A stretch of DNA of 64,000 nt from Heterodontus francisci (taxonomy: Eukaryota), in the NCBI RefSeq assembly GCF_036365525.1, contig NC_090378.1:123737593-123801592 (forward strand), in the 5' to 3' direction. The position numbers and the translations under genes are program-made. Under the pieces are notes generated by a model. The model searched no databases, was not told where the DNA came from, and saw only the letters and a program-made list of their open reading frames with translations. Positions 23,926 through 35,900 of the stretch are shown in pieces (within the stretch, counting starts at the first letter, position 1; the number at the start of each line of letters is the position of its first letter).

Positions 23926-24630
23926 TTTTTAAAACTCTGACTGGAATATCATTCCACAGGCACTGGGAATCCTCACCTAATGAGGCCTTCTGCTTGGTGG
24001 AATCTGGACAGTGGGAGTTGACAGGATTTTTAATCATGAGAGAATCACAGCCATGAAGGCTGATCCTGTCTTCAACTTTTTTCTGGTATCCACTTTTCAC
24101 CAGAAAAGGTGGTGGGGAGGGTGTTACTGATTAGCACATTCGGTGCTGAGGACCCCATTGAATCTTCCTGCTTCATCGTCAAGGTGCTCTGCAGCCAACT
24201 GAAAAAAGATGGTTCTTGATTTCAGTAAAATAAAATGTTTAATGCATTGTTGAATAATCAATTTGAATTACAATGAAGAAACCAGAATAATGCTGATAAA
24301 TTCTGAATTATTTTTAGTTAAATCCACAATCAACTCCAGATTTTTACCCATGACACAATATAGCTTTTCGAGGGATTAGCCGACATGAGTTACTAAACTG
24401 GAGGAGGCTTTATGCTTTCATTAGGTGCTGACAAATAGCTTGTTACTGAGTAATGTGAAGCTAAATGACTCCAAGTTGGATCCTGCTGAGTGCAGTTGGG
24501 TTAGTTCAATTATAAGAATCTGGATTTTCCCAGCTTTTTGTGAAATCAGAAGAAAATATAAATCTGCTGGCAGAGGTTTATGTATCTTTTGGGATAGATT
24601 TATCAAATTGAGACAATTTTCACCCCTCAC

Positions 24631-24709
24631 CTTGATCTTGTGAAATGGTCTGTGTGAACTGAGAATTCTCTGGAGGTTCTGTTTCCAGGGTCTGCTTGGA
24701 TGAGGCTCT
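24631..24709 (-). CDS. Orphan gene model, coding exon 3 (79 nt)
   Basis: Acceptor ttattttgcag, donor AAG|gtgagg; phase 0 to 1; RASSKQTLETEPPENSQFTQTISQDQ. Confidence 0.55.
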
Positions 24710-24869
24710 CTGCAAAATAACAGGTGTCCTATCTTAGTCAGTAACATGAAGAAATAGAAAATTAATTACATTTCATGAATATATTTTATAAAAAGTGCAA
24801 AACCTTTCCAAAAGGCAAGGTTCGCAAGTGTTCTGTCTCAGCAACCTCTTCTCAAAGTATGTGAGACGA

Positions 24870-25135
24870 GGCTTCAATATCATCATCTTCAAATTTGGAT
24901 ACTAACCAGGAATAGTGTAAGAAATCACAGCTTGTCTCTGGACTAGGATCATTTGAATTACAAGTGGCTTCTCCACTACGTAAAGACAATTTTTCCCTCA
25001 CCAATTCTATCTGTCTGATTTCACTGTCTTTTTGTGCTTGTAATTCCTTCTCAAACTTTTCCCTCTGGAAAGTACTCTCTCTCTCCCTCTCCTCTCATTC
25101 CTCCTTTCTCACCTGAAATTCTAACTCAAAGCTGT
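24870..25135 (-). mobile_element. Gypsy gag fragment (same family as ~6140-6392)
   Basis: Direct nucleotide similarity (ggatcatttgaatta..caattc.atctgtct.atttcac..ccttctcaaa..cacctgaaattctaactcaa). Confidence 0.75.
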
Positions 25136-26067
25136 GGTTGTTCTCCTTTCAGCAGAGAAGGTGATGTGAAGATTTGATACAGGTTGTAAAGGCTGATTAG
25201 ATCAGTAATAAGATGAAAATTCTGACCATTCGTTGCCTTTATACACCCACTCTGCTGTATTAAAAATTCCCATTTCATATCTTGCAATGGACTGATTCCA
25301 TGTTTTCAATCAAAGAGGCTTGAAATAATCTTTCCCAACATAAAATATACGAGTGGATCATTAAGTTATATGGCCAGCGTGTTACCCATGTGACCAATAA
25401 TGTTTAGATTCGAATAGTCATTTTTGAATCAGTCACATGGTGACAATTCTATTTTGGACTGTACCTTTCACCACTCCTATTTTTCATTTGCTCTCTTCCC
25501 ATCTTTGAAACTTCACGTGAGCCAAGGCCAAGGAAGAAAAACTGTTCAAGGACTCTGCTATTATTACTCAATTAAATAACAGGAGGTGCCAGAGGTGCCT
25601 GTGGTTAGCTACACACTCATTGTAGAACCCAGCGTTCAATCTGTACCTGCTTGGGACATTGTTGCAATCAAGTACAAGGATGGGGAGAAATCAGAAATTA
25701 ATAGATTTCAGCTCATTCCCTGAATAAGGGTATGAGTGTGCCACACCTTGGTGTGGCCTGTACATTTAATGAGTAATGTCAGCAAAACTCAAACAGTGCG
25801 ACAGCATTCCAAAAGAAAGTTGAAATGATGGCCAAAATACTCAAGAGACAGAAAAGATATCAACAATGTGGAAATTAGACATTGCGAATTAGCACTAATA
25901 GCAGCCACACCGCCATCTTCAATATGACGAGATGGCAACAAATGGTCTGAGGTAATTTTTTTCTTAAATACAAGAGGAACTTTTTTTAATGTCTGTGAAT
26001 ATATTGACAGAAGCAACAGCCATTAAGCAGCATGAACATGACTAATAGAAACAATCCATGTACTTAC

Positions 26068-26391
26068 CAAAGTGCTTTGGTACAGATCGTCATCCTCTTG
26101 CCTGATTCCGATGTTATCGTGGCCATTCTTCTGCCTGCACCCAGGAAATGCCACTTTTGAAATGCAGGCAGTCACTGAGGCCGAACACTTGCGAGCCCAA
26201 TTGCCGGAAGTTGTTCTTACAGAACACTTCTGAATCCAACTGCAGACGGCTGCGAAGATGGAACGCCTGGGAACCTTGGGAGTGTGGGACGATGATGATG
26301 CTGATGACGACACACTACTAAGCGAGGATGATACTCTCGTGGAGACAGTGTCCACAGGGCGAATGGGTGAATGAGACGATACTTCAGATGA
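26068..26391 (-). CDS. Orphan gene model, coding exon 2 (324 nt, Ser-rich then Cys/Trp segment)
   Basis: Acceptor tttctgcag, donor TTG|gtaagt; open phase 0-0; SSEVSSHSPIRPVDTV..RRSIFAAVCSWIQKC..EDDDLYQSTL; CpG-retaining relative to flanks. Confidence 0.6.
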
Positions 26392-27799
26392 CTGCAGAAA
26401 TTTGTTTTTGATAAAGTGTGTCAATGATTATATCTCAGAAAGTTCCCTCTTCCCAGTTACATCTATTGTGCCATGAAACTCCCTGGCACTTACCACACCC
26501 CACCCCGCAAAAAAAATCAAGGCATTGTGGATACAACAGCTTGGTCTTGAGAAGGGGAAGTAATGCATGATTCCATGATAGTTAAACTGTGAAATCTTTC
26601 CATTGGTTTTCCTCCCTCGCTCAGCCAAAGTCTGCTCCGAAGAATGATGCCGCCATCTCACATCCACTGGTTGATAAGCCAACATTGACAGTTCATCATT
26701 TAGCACGTTTGTAAATTACCCAGTTAGATTGTTAGCACATGGCATGCACAAATTCATCACGGCCATTACATTTGAATACTTCTGCTAGTGTTTTAACTCT
26801 AAGTTATCAAATAATCCCTTTGCTTTTCAGTTGAACACTCAGTATTTGAACACTCCTATATCTATGCAGATATTTACTTGCCTGCCTCACCCAGTTACTC
26901 ATTGTAACTTTGCAGCATCCACCTATATAGGATGAAGTTAAAACATATCCTGTGGTGCTGCTAGGCTTGAACAAGTCAAGAAAGAGTATGAGTGCAAAAA
27001 AGTATTGGTGAGCTTGCCTGAATGAGAAAGCCAGCCAGCGCACATACAGGCAAGAGCTCGAGAGACAGAAAGAGACAGCAAGAACTAGAAATAGAGAGAG
27101 TTAGAAGTAAGGAAATTAGGAGTCAAATCACTCAGTTCATTCTAATGCAGCTCTTACCAGGTGAGTGCAGAATATTGGTAATGAAGAAGCAATAAAGGCA
27201 CTGAAGAGGGGGTGTATAAGGACCAAAAGAGGAGAATCCATAAATAGGGAGGGTATTTTAAAGCAGAAATAGGACCCTAAAGATGCAGAACAGATATAAT
27301 AATGGTTAACTGAACTGCTAAAAGACTGAATTGCTGAAATTTCCAGGGAACAGGTGAGAGACACTTTCTACTAAAATCAATGATACCAGCTTACTGATAA
27401 ACTTCCAGGAAACACCACCCTTCTGTAGAGAAGATGCTGAATAGCAACTAAAGGTCAACTATAGAAAAAACAAAGCCTGCATTCAAGAGGGAATCTGGTG
27501 TGCATGCAGGGAGGTGTATTACGTTGTTGCGATTTGGACAGCAGTTTACTAGATTTGATCCCAAAATACCGTTTTTGATGGACTATGCACTTTAAGCTGC
27601 TACAGTCACAGCCCAGGTGCTAACTTTATGGTCAACCATGAAGTCATTAATAACCTTTAAAGAATTAAAATTAAAGATTTTGGTTATTAGTGTGACAATA
27701 TGTTTTAACACGCAAAGCTTCCTTCGAACATATTTAAAGGATATAAAATATTACACAAAACAAGCCAAGCTTGTATTTCACATAAATCAAATCACTGAC

Positions 27800-27808
27800 C
27801 GAGTCCAT
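27800..27808 (-). CDS. Orphan gene model, first coding bases (MDS) within exon 27800-27932
   Basis: Kozak-like AACATGG with an upstream in-frame TGA; donor TCG|gtcagt; exon acceptor attctttcag adjoining 27932. Confidence 0.45.
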
Positions 27809-28098
27809 GTTCTCCCCGAGCTCCCGATCCGAGGGGATTTCGGCTGGTCACTGCTCTTGCTTGGAGTGCTGTCTGCGACATCTGTCCCGTGAAATAGCCG
27901 ACATGAGGGAAAGGGATTCATCAGCAAAAACACTGAAAGAATACTAAAGTTGCTACGCTGTACAGAAAGAGTTTACTGCTGATTCAGGTAGCACTTGGTA
28001 GTTGGTCACTCAACAATGGCCCGATATAATGAATAGTTTTTGCAATTTATTAGAATCACCTGCTCGATTCCATCCTGGGCCTGTAATGCAACTTATTG

Positions 28099-28200
28099 AA
28101 ATAAAAACAGAAAATGCTGAAAATACTCAGGAAGTCTGGCAGCATCTCTGGAGAGAGAAACTGAGTTAGTGTTTCATGTCTGTGATCTTTCATTAGATCC
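28099..28200 (-). mobile_element. Degenerate Penelope terminal-repeat/hammerhead fragment
   Basis: Reverse complement ctaatgaaagatcacagacatgaaacactaactcagtttctctctccagagatgctgcc resembles 14165-14260. Confidence 0.65.
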
Positions 28201-28485
28201 CATTTATATTTTGATCACAAAGAATTACATTTGAAAAAGGTTCTGTCAGAGGTAGTAACCCTAATAATAACTTTATTTATCTCGCTTTTATCAACATCAT
28301 AAAATTGTCCAAGATGCATCACAGGAGTGTCAGGCCATAAATTTTGTCAGCCGGTCACATGAAGATAAGGTATATTTTTCTGTTAACAGCATTTTTGAAT
28401 CTGGCAATGCTTTTGTATAGAACTGTCTGCATTAAGGCAGTAAAGTTTCAATGTACAGGTATTTGATTTCTGTGCCTGATTGAAG

Positions 28486-28939
28486 TAAAGACCTGCTCAG
28501 GTTAGGGAAAAAGAACCCAACCCAAACCAGACGGAACCACAGTGGACCCGAGCCCGACCCGGCCCGAGTCCCTCCGATTTTGCCCCAAGCCCGACCCGAG
28601 CCCGACTCGACTATCCCTTTACTTACCTTCCGACTCGGAACGTCCAGGAAGCTGCAGCATGTGTGTGATGGCATCATAGAGACGTCACTCACTAACTGCA
28701 CACACTCAGTTTCGCTGCTTGACGTCCCGGACTCCCAGCTCAGGTAAGTTTTATTTAATTTTAATACTGACCAGCAGAGCAATAACCATCTGTGTCCGGC
28801 CTGACCCGGACCCGGACCCAAACCCGAACCCGGCCCGACCTGAGCCCGAAAGCCGGACCTGGAAGAGGGGCCCAACCCGACCTGAACCCAACACATGTCG
28901 TCGGGTCCCGTCGGGTCCCGGTCGGGTCACAGGCCTTTA
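28486..28939. mobile_element. hAT-type MITE (454 bp)
   Basis: TIRs TAAAGACCTG / CAGGCCTTTA; 8-bp TSD GATTGAAG / CATTGAAG; many subterminal CCCGA/TCGGG repeats. Confidence 0.8.
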
Positions 28940-31900
28940 CATTGAAGTCCAAATCATTGATATATCCTGCAAAAAGCAAGGGACCTGGTACTGAACCCTG
29001 CAGAACCCATTTGGAAACAGTCTTCCAGTCACAAAAACACCCATCAACCATTATCCTTTGTTTCCTGCCTCTGAGCCAATTTTGAATCCATCTTGTCACT
29101 TTGCCTTGGTCCCCTGGGCTTTTTCTTTCATGACCAGTCTGTCATCTGGGACTTTATCATAAACCTAGGTATAATCCATATAGACTACATCAAATGCACG
29201 ACCCTCATCGACCCTCCTTGTTTCCTCTTCAAAAAATTCAATCACGTTAGTCAGACACAACCTTCCCTTAACAAATCCATGCTGAATATCTTTGACTAAT
29301 CCATGTATGACTCAATGAAGGTTTATCCTGTCCCTCAGAGCTTTTTCCAATATTTTTCCCACCACTGGAGGTAGGCTGACTGGCCTGTAATTACTCGGTC
29401 TATTCCTTTCTCCCGTTTTAAACAATGGTACAATGTGAACTGTCCTCCAGTCCTCTGGCACCACACCTGTAGACAGAGAATATTGGAAAATGATGGTCAG
29501 AGCCTCTGCTGTTTCTTCTCTTGCTTCATTTAACAGCCAAGGATGCATTTCATCTGGGCCTGGTGATTTAACCACTTTCAAACATGTTAAATCCCTTAAT
29601 ATCTCATCTCATTATATTAGTTTTATCTAACATTGCACACTCCTCCTCCCTGATTGCAATTTCTGTATCATCCCTCTCTTTAGTGAAAACAAATGCGAAT
29701 CCTCCTCCTTCATCCACAGGTTACCCTGGTGGACCCAAATAGGCTCTACTCTTTCTTTCATTATAATCCTGCCTTTCTGTATTTATAAAACAACCTTTAG
29801 TTTTCTTGATTTTATTTGACTTGCCAATTTTTTTCATGCCCTCTCTTTGCTTTCCTAATTTCCTTTTTAATTTCACCCCTACACTTTTTATACTCCTCTC
29901 GATTTTCTGCCTTGGTATCTGTCATTAATCTTCCTGTTTTACTTTATCCTCTCCTTTCAGCCCCTTGACATCCACAAGACTCTGGATTTGTTAGTCCCAC
30001 CCTTTTTCTTTAAGGGAACATATTTCTTTAAGGGCGGCACAGTGGCGCAGTGGTTAGCACCGCAGCCTCACAGCTCCAGGGACCTGGGTTCGATTCTGGG
30101 TACTGCCTGTGCGGAGTTTGCAAGTTCTCCCTGTGTCAGCGTGGGTTTCCTCCGGGTGCTCCGGTTTCCTCCCACATGCCAAAGACTTGCAGGTTGATAG
30201 GTTAATTGGCCATTATAAATTGCCCCTAGTATAGGTAGGTGGTAGGGAAATATATAGGGACAGGTGGGGATGTGGTAGGAATATGGGATTAGTGTAGGAT
30301 TAGTATAAATGGGTGGTTGATGGTCGGCACAGACTTGGTGGGCCGAAGGGCCTGTTTCAGTGCTGTATCTCTCTCTAAACTAAACTTGCTCTGAACCCTC
30401 ACTATCTCTTCCTTGAATGCCTCCCACTGATCCAGCACTGATTTACTTTCAAGTAACTGTTTCCAACCCCATTTAGCTAAATCACATTTCAGCTTAGTAA
30501 AATTAGCTTTCCCCAGTTGAGAACTTTTATTCCTGGTCTGTCTTTGTCCTTTTCCATAACTATTCTAAATCAAACTGAATTATGATCACTTCCATCAAAG
30601 TGCGCCCCGTCCGATCCCCCTTCCACCTGCCCAGCTTCATTCCCTAAAATTTTGTCCAGTCTCACAATCCCTCTTTTTGGACTTGATACATACTGGATAA
30701 CAATGTTCTCCTCAATGCATTTGAAGAATTCTGTGACCACTGAGTCTTTCACATAAACTCTACCCCAGTTAATATTGGGGCAGTTGAAATCCCCCACTGT
30801 TTCATTGTTTTTGCAGTTCTGAAATTTGTCCACATATTTGCTCTTCTCTCTCCTTCTAACAGTTTCAGGGTCTATAGCACACTCCCAGTAGTGTGATTGC
30901 CCCTGTTTTGTTCTTCAGTTCAACCCATATGGCAACATTTGTTTATCCTTCTACCATATCTTCTCTCCTCACAGCTATAATTGTTTCTTTAATCAATATT
31001 GCAACTCACCCCCTCCTGAGATATCCCCATCTCTGTCTCGTCTGAAAACCCTGTAACTAGAAATGTTGAGCTGCCATTCCTGCCCTTCTTTCAGCCATGT
31101 CTCAGTAATCGCTATAATATCATGCTGCCATGTGTCAATCTGTGCTGTCAGCTCATCTGCCTTATTTCCTCAACTTGTATTGAAGGATATATTATTTAGC
31201 TCTGTCAAACTCCCTTGTTTATTTTCTAACCTTCGTTTTCTCTGCCTTCCAAAGACGCTGACTAATTTACTGCCTTCCATTTCGAACTTTTCTTCTCTCT
31301 CTTCTGAATCTACTCTCAGGTTCCCATCCCTGTGCTCAGCTAGTTTAAACTCTCCCCAACAGCACGAGTAAAACTCACTGCGAGGATATTGGTCCCGGCC
31401 CTGTTGATTTGCAAACAGTCCGTCTTGTACAGGTCCCACCTCCTCCAGAAGCAGTCCCAAAGCCTCAGGAATCTAAAGCCCTCCCTCCTGCATAATCTCT
31501 CCAGCTCTATGTATTCATCAGTTCTATCTTCCTATTTCTGTAATCACTAATACGTGGCACTGGGAGTAATCTGGAGATTAATACTTTTGAGGTTCTGCTT
31601 TTCAATCTCCCTCCAAGCTGCCTAAATTCTGCTTCAGAACCTCATCCCTCCTTCTGCCTCTGTCATTGGTGCCAATATGGACCACGACCTCTGGCTGTTC
31701 ACTCTCCCCCATCAGAATGTCCTGCAGTCGCTCAGTGATATCCTTGTCCCTGGCACCAGGGAGGCAACATACCATCATGGAGCCACCTCTGCAGTCACAG
31801 AAGTGCCTGTCTATTCTCCTCACTATCGAATCCCCTCCCACTATTGCTCTTCCACTCTTCTTCCTCCCTCCCTGTACAGCTGAGTCACCCATGGTGCTGT

Positions 31901-32300
31901 GGACTTGGCTCTGCCTGCACTCCCCAGTGGAACCATCACTCTGACCAGTATTCAGAACTGAATACCAGTTGGAGAGTGAGATGCACTCGTGGGATCACTG
32001 TCCTGCATGCCTGGTCCTCCTTGTTCTTCTGGCCCTCACCCATTCCCCCTCTGCCAGCACATTTTTAAACTGTAGGGTGACCACCTCCAGAAAGCTCTCA
32101 TCCTCGTGGATGCATAGTGACTCCAGTCAGTGCTCAAACTCCGAAACCCAGAGCTCGAGCTGCTGTAACCGGTGACACTTCCTGTACATGTGGTCATCCA
32201 GGTCATGAGAAGTGTCCAGGATTTCCCACATGACACAGGATGTGTATTCCACAGGGCTGAGGTTCCCTGCCATGTTTTACTTTCTAGACTATTATCTAGA
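28940..32300 (-). mobile_element. CR1 LINE, 5' portion (ORF1 esterase, APE endonuclease, partial RT), decayed
   Basis: ORF1 SGNH motifs GDSIVR, CLPGA, VHIGTND; ORF2 VGDFNCPNINW, SDHN, KSPGPD, PEDWR, NYRPVSL, QGSVPGP. Confidence 0.88.
30032..30385 (+). mobile_element. tRNA-derived V-SINE (shark HE1-like)
   Basis: A-box TGGCGCAGTGG, B-box GGTTCGATTC, V-domain GTGGGTTTCCTCCGGGTGCTCCGGTTTCCTCCCAC, CR1-like tail ending (CTAAA)2; inserted in the CR1. Confidence 0.9.
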
Positions 32301-32942
32301 AACACTTAGAGCTGGTCTCGCTGTCTCCCGCTCCATCACTCAGACTGCTCCGTGTTTTGTCAAAGATCAGAATAGAATCTCTTCAGTCATTGCACTGAAT
32401 TCCCTCAATCCCCAATTCTCCGAGTTAGGTATCTGTTGAAGCAGTACTCCATCAAGCTGGACTTGGTGCTGGGCTGCTGAGTGAGCCTGCAAGCCCCTTT
32501 GAGCACTGGCATCCACAGCCATGATGGCAGCAGTCAGAGCCTGTGTGGCAGCAAGCTCAGATTACAATACCTCAGTCTGAGCTTCCACTGGAGCACTCAG
32601 ACATTGGGGTGGCCTCTACTTGTACTGCAATTCACTCATCCATGTCTCTGATACTCTGGAAATGTTAATCTGCTCACTTGTGTTTATATTATTCAAATCA
32701 TCAGAGGAATTTGTAACAGCAATATAATCATGGAGCTTCAGAGGGCAATATAACCATTGTAACAGGATGATTTGAAGGGATAGAGAGGAATAAAGAGCCT
32801 TTGCTGGCTCCATGTGGTTATTCTGATATCACTTTTATGTATCTATGATGTCCTCTGATTCAGTGGCAGTATGAACGGAATGTAGATGTAGATAAAGTAG
32901 AATTAGGATAAGACTTGTGAGTGAAACACTGCATGTTGTATT

Positions 32943-35900
32943 CATACTGGATTGTGAAGTGTGATGTTCCTGAGTACACAGACTGGATTGTGAAGTGTTA
33001 TGTACCTGAGTACACAGACTGGATTGTGAAGTGTGATGTACCTGAGTACACAGACTGGACTGTGAAGTGTGATGTATCTGAGTACACAGACTGGATTGTG
33101 AAGTGTGATGTACCTGAGTACACAGACTGGATTGTGAAGTGTGATGTACCTGAGTACACAGACTGGATTGTGAAGTGTGATGTACCTGAGTACACAGACC
33201 GGATTGAGAAGTGTGATGTTCCTGAGTATACAGACTGGATTGTGAAGTGTGATGTACCTGAGTACACAGACTGGATTGTGAAGTGTTATGTACCTGAGTA
33301 CACAGACTGGATTGTGAAGTGTGATGTCCCTGAGTATACAGACTGGATTGTGAAGTGTGATGTACCTGAGTACACAGACTGGATTGTGAAGTGTGATGTA
33401 CCTGAGTACACAGACTGGATTGTGAAGTGTGATGTACCTGAGTACACAGACTGGATTGTGAAGTGTGATGTCCCTGAGTATACAGACTGGATTGTGAAGT
33501 GTTATGTACCTGAGTACACAGACTGGATTGTGAAGTGTGATGTCCCTGAGTACACAGACTGGATTGTGAAGTGTGATGTACCTGAGTACACAGACTGGAT
33601 TGTGAAGTGTGATGTCCCTGAGTATACAGACTGGATTGTGAAGTGTGATGTACCTGAGTACACAGACCGGATTGAGAAGTGTGATGTTCCTGAGTATACA
33701 GACTGGATTGTGAAGTGTGATGTACCTGAGTACACAGACTGGATTGTGAAGTGTTATGTACCTGAGTACACAGACTGGATTGTGAAGTGTGATGTCCCTG
33801 AGTATACAGACTGGATTGTGAAGTGTGATGTACCTGAGTACACAGACTGGATTGTGAAGTGTGATGTACCTGAGTACACAGACTGGATTGTGAAGTGTGA
33901 TGTACCTGAGTACACAGACTGGATTGTGAAGTGTGATGTCCCTGAGTACACAGACTGGATTGTGAAGTGTGATGTACCTGAGTACACAGACTGGATTGTG
34001 AAGTGTGATGTCCCTGAGTACACAGACTGGATTGTGAAGTGTGATGTACCTGAGTACACAGACTGGATTGTGAAGTGTTATGTACCTGAGTACACAGACT
34101 GGATTGTGAAGTGTGATGTCCCTGAGTATACAGACTGGATTGTGAAGTGTGATGTACCTGAGTACACAGACTGGATTGTGAAGTGTTATGTACCTGAGTA
34201 CACAGACTGGATTGTGAAGTGTGATGTCCCTGAGTATACAGACTGGATTGTGAAGTGTGATGTACCTGAGTACACAGACTGGATTGTGAAGTGTGATGTA
34301 CCTGAGTACACAGACTGGATTGTGAAGTGTGATGTACCTGAGTACACAGACTGGATTGTGAAGTGTGATGTCCCTGAGTATACAGACTGGATTGTGAAGT
34401 GTTATGTACCTGAGTACACAGACTGGATTGTGAAGTGTGATGTCCCTGAGTACACAGACTGGATTGTGAAGTGTGATGTACCTGAGTACACAGACTGGAT
34501 TGTGAAGTGTGATGTCCCTGAGTATACAGACTGGATTGTGAAGTGTGATGTACCTGAGTACACAGACCGGATTGAGAAGTGTGATGTTCCTGAGTATACA
34601 GACTGGATTGTGAAGTGTGATGTACCTGAGTACACAGACTGGATTGTGAAGTGTTATGTACCTGAGTACACAGACTGGATTGTGAAGTGTGATGTCCCTG
34701 AGTATACAGACTGGATTGTGAAGTGTGATGTACCTGAGTACACAGACTGGATTGTGAAGTGTGATGTACCTGAGTACACAGACTGGATTGTGAAGTGTGA
34801 TGTACCTGAGTACACAGACTGGATTGTGAAGTGTGATGTCCCTGAGTACACAGACTGGATTGTGAAGTGTGATGTACCTGAGTACACAGACTGGATTGTG
34901 AAGTGTGATGTCCCTGAGTACACAGACTGGATTGTGAAGTGTGATGTACCTGAGTACACAGACTGGATTGTGAAGTGTTATGTACCTGAGTACACAGACT
35001 GGATTGTGAAGTGTGATGTCCCTGAGTATACAGACTGGATTGTGAAGTGTGATGTACCTGAGTACACAGACTGGATTGTGAAGTGTGATGTACCTGAGTA
35101 CACAGACTGGATTGTGAAGTGTGATGTCCCTGAGTATACAGACTGGATTGTGAAGTGTGATGTACCTGAGTACACAGACTGGATTGTGAAGTGTTATGTA
35201 CCTGAGTACACAGACTGGATTGTGAAGTGTGATGTACCTGAGTACACAGACTGGACTGTGAAGTGTGATGTATCTGAGTACACAGACTGGATTGTGAAGT
35301 GTGATGTACCTGAGTATACAGACTGGATTGTGAAGTGTGATGTACCTGAGTACACAGACTGGACTGTGAAGTGTGATGTACCTGAGTACACAGACTGGAC
35401 TGTGAAGTGTGATGTATCTGAGTACACAGACTGGATTGTGAAGTGTGATGTACCTGAGTACACAGACTGGATTGTGAAGTGTGATGTACCTGAGTACACA
35501 GACTGGATTATGAAGTGTGATGTATCTGAGTACACAGACTGGACTGTGAAGTGTGATGTATCGGAGTACACAGACTGGATTGTGAAGTGTGATGTACCTG
35601 AGTACACAGACTGGACTGTGAAGTGTGATGTATCTGAGTACACAGACTGGATTGTGAAGTGTGATGTACCTGAGTACACAGACTGGATTGTGAAGTGTTA
35701 TGTACCTGAGTACACAGACTGGATTGTGAAGTGTGATGTACCTGAGTACACAGACTGGACTGTGAAGTGTGATGTATCTGAGTACACAGACTGGATTGTG
35801 AAGTGTGATGTACCTGAGTACACAGACTGGATTGTGAAGTGTGATGTACCTGAGTACACAGACTGGATTATGAAGTGTGATGTATCTGAGTACACAGACT

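Noticed and set aside
24129-24199. Extra exon candidate for the orphan gene (acceptor cttttttcag)
   Set aside because: Weak donor, and it introduces a stop in the phase required by the preferred model; could still be an alternative exon
30032-30105. tRNA gene
   Set aside because: A/B boxes belong to a SINE head that continues into a V-domain and LINE-like tail; same reasoning for 52198-52280
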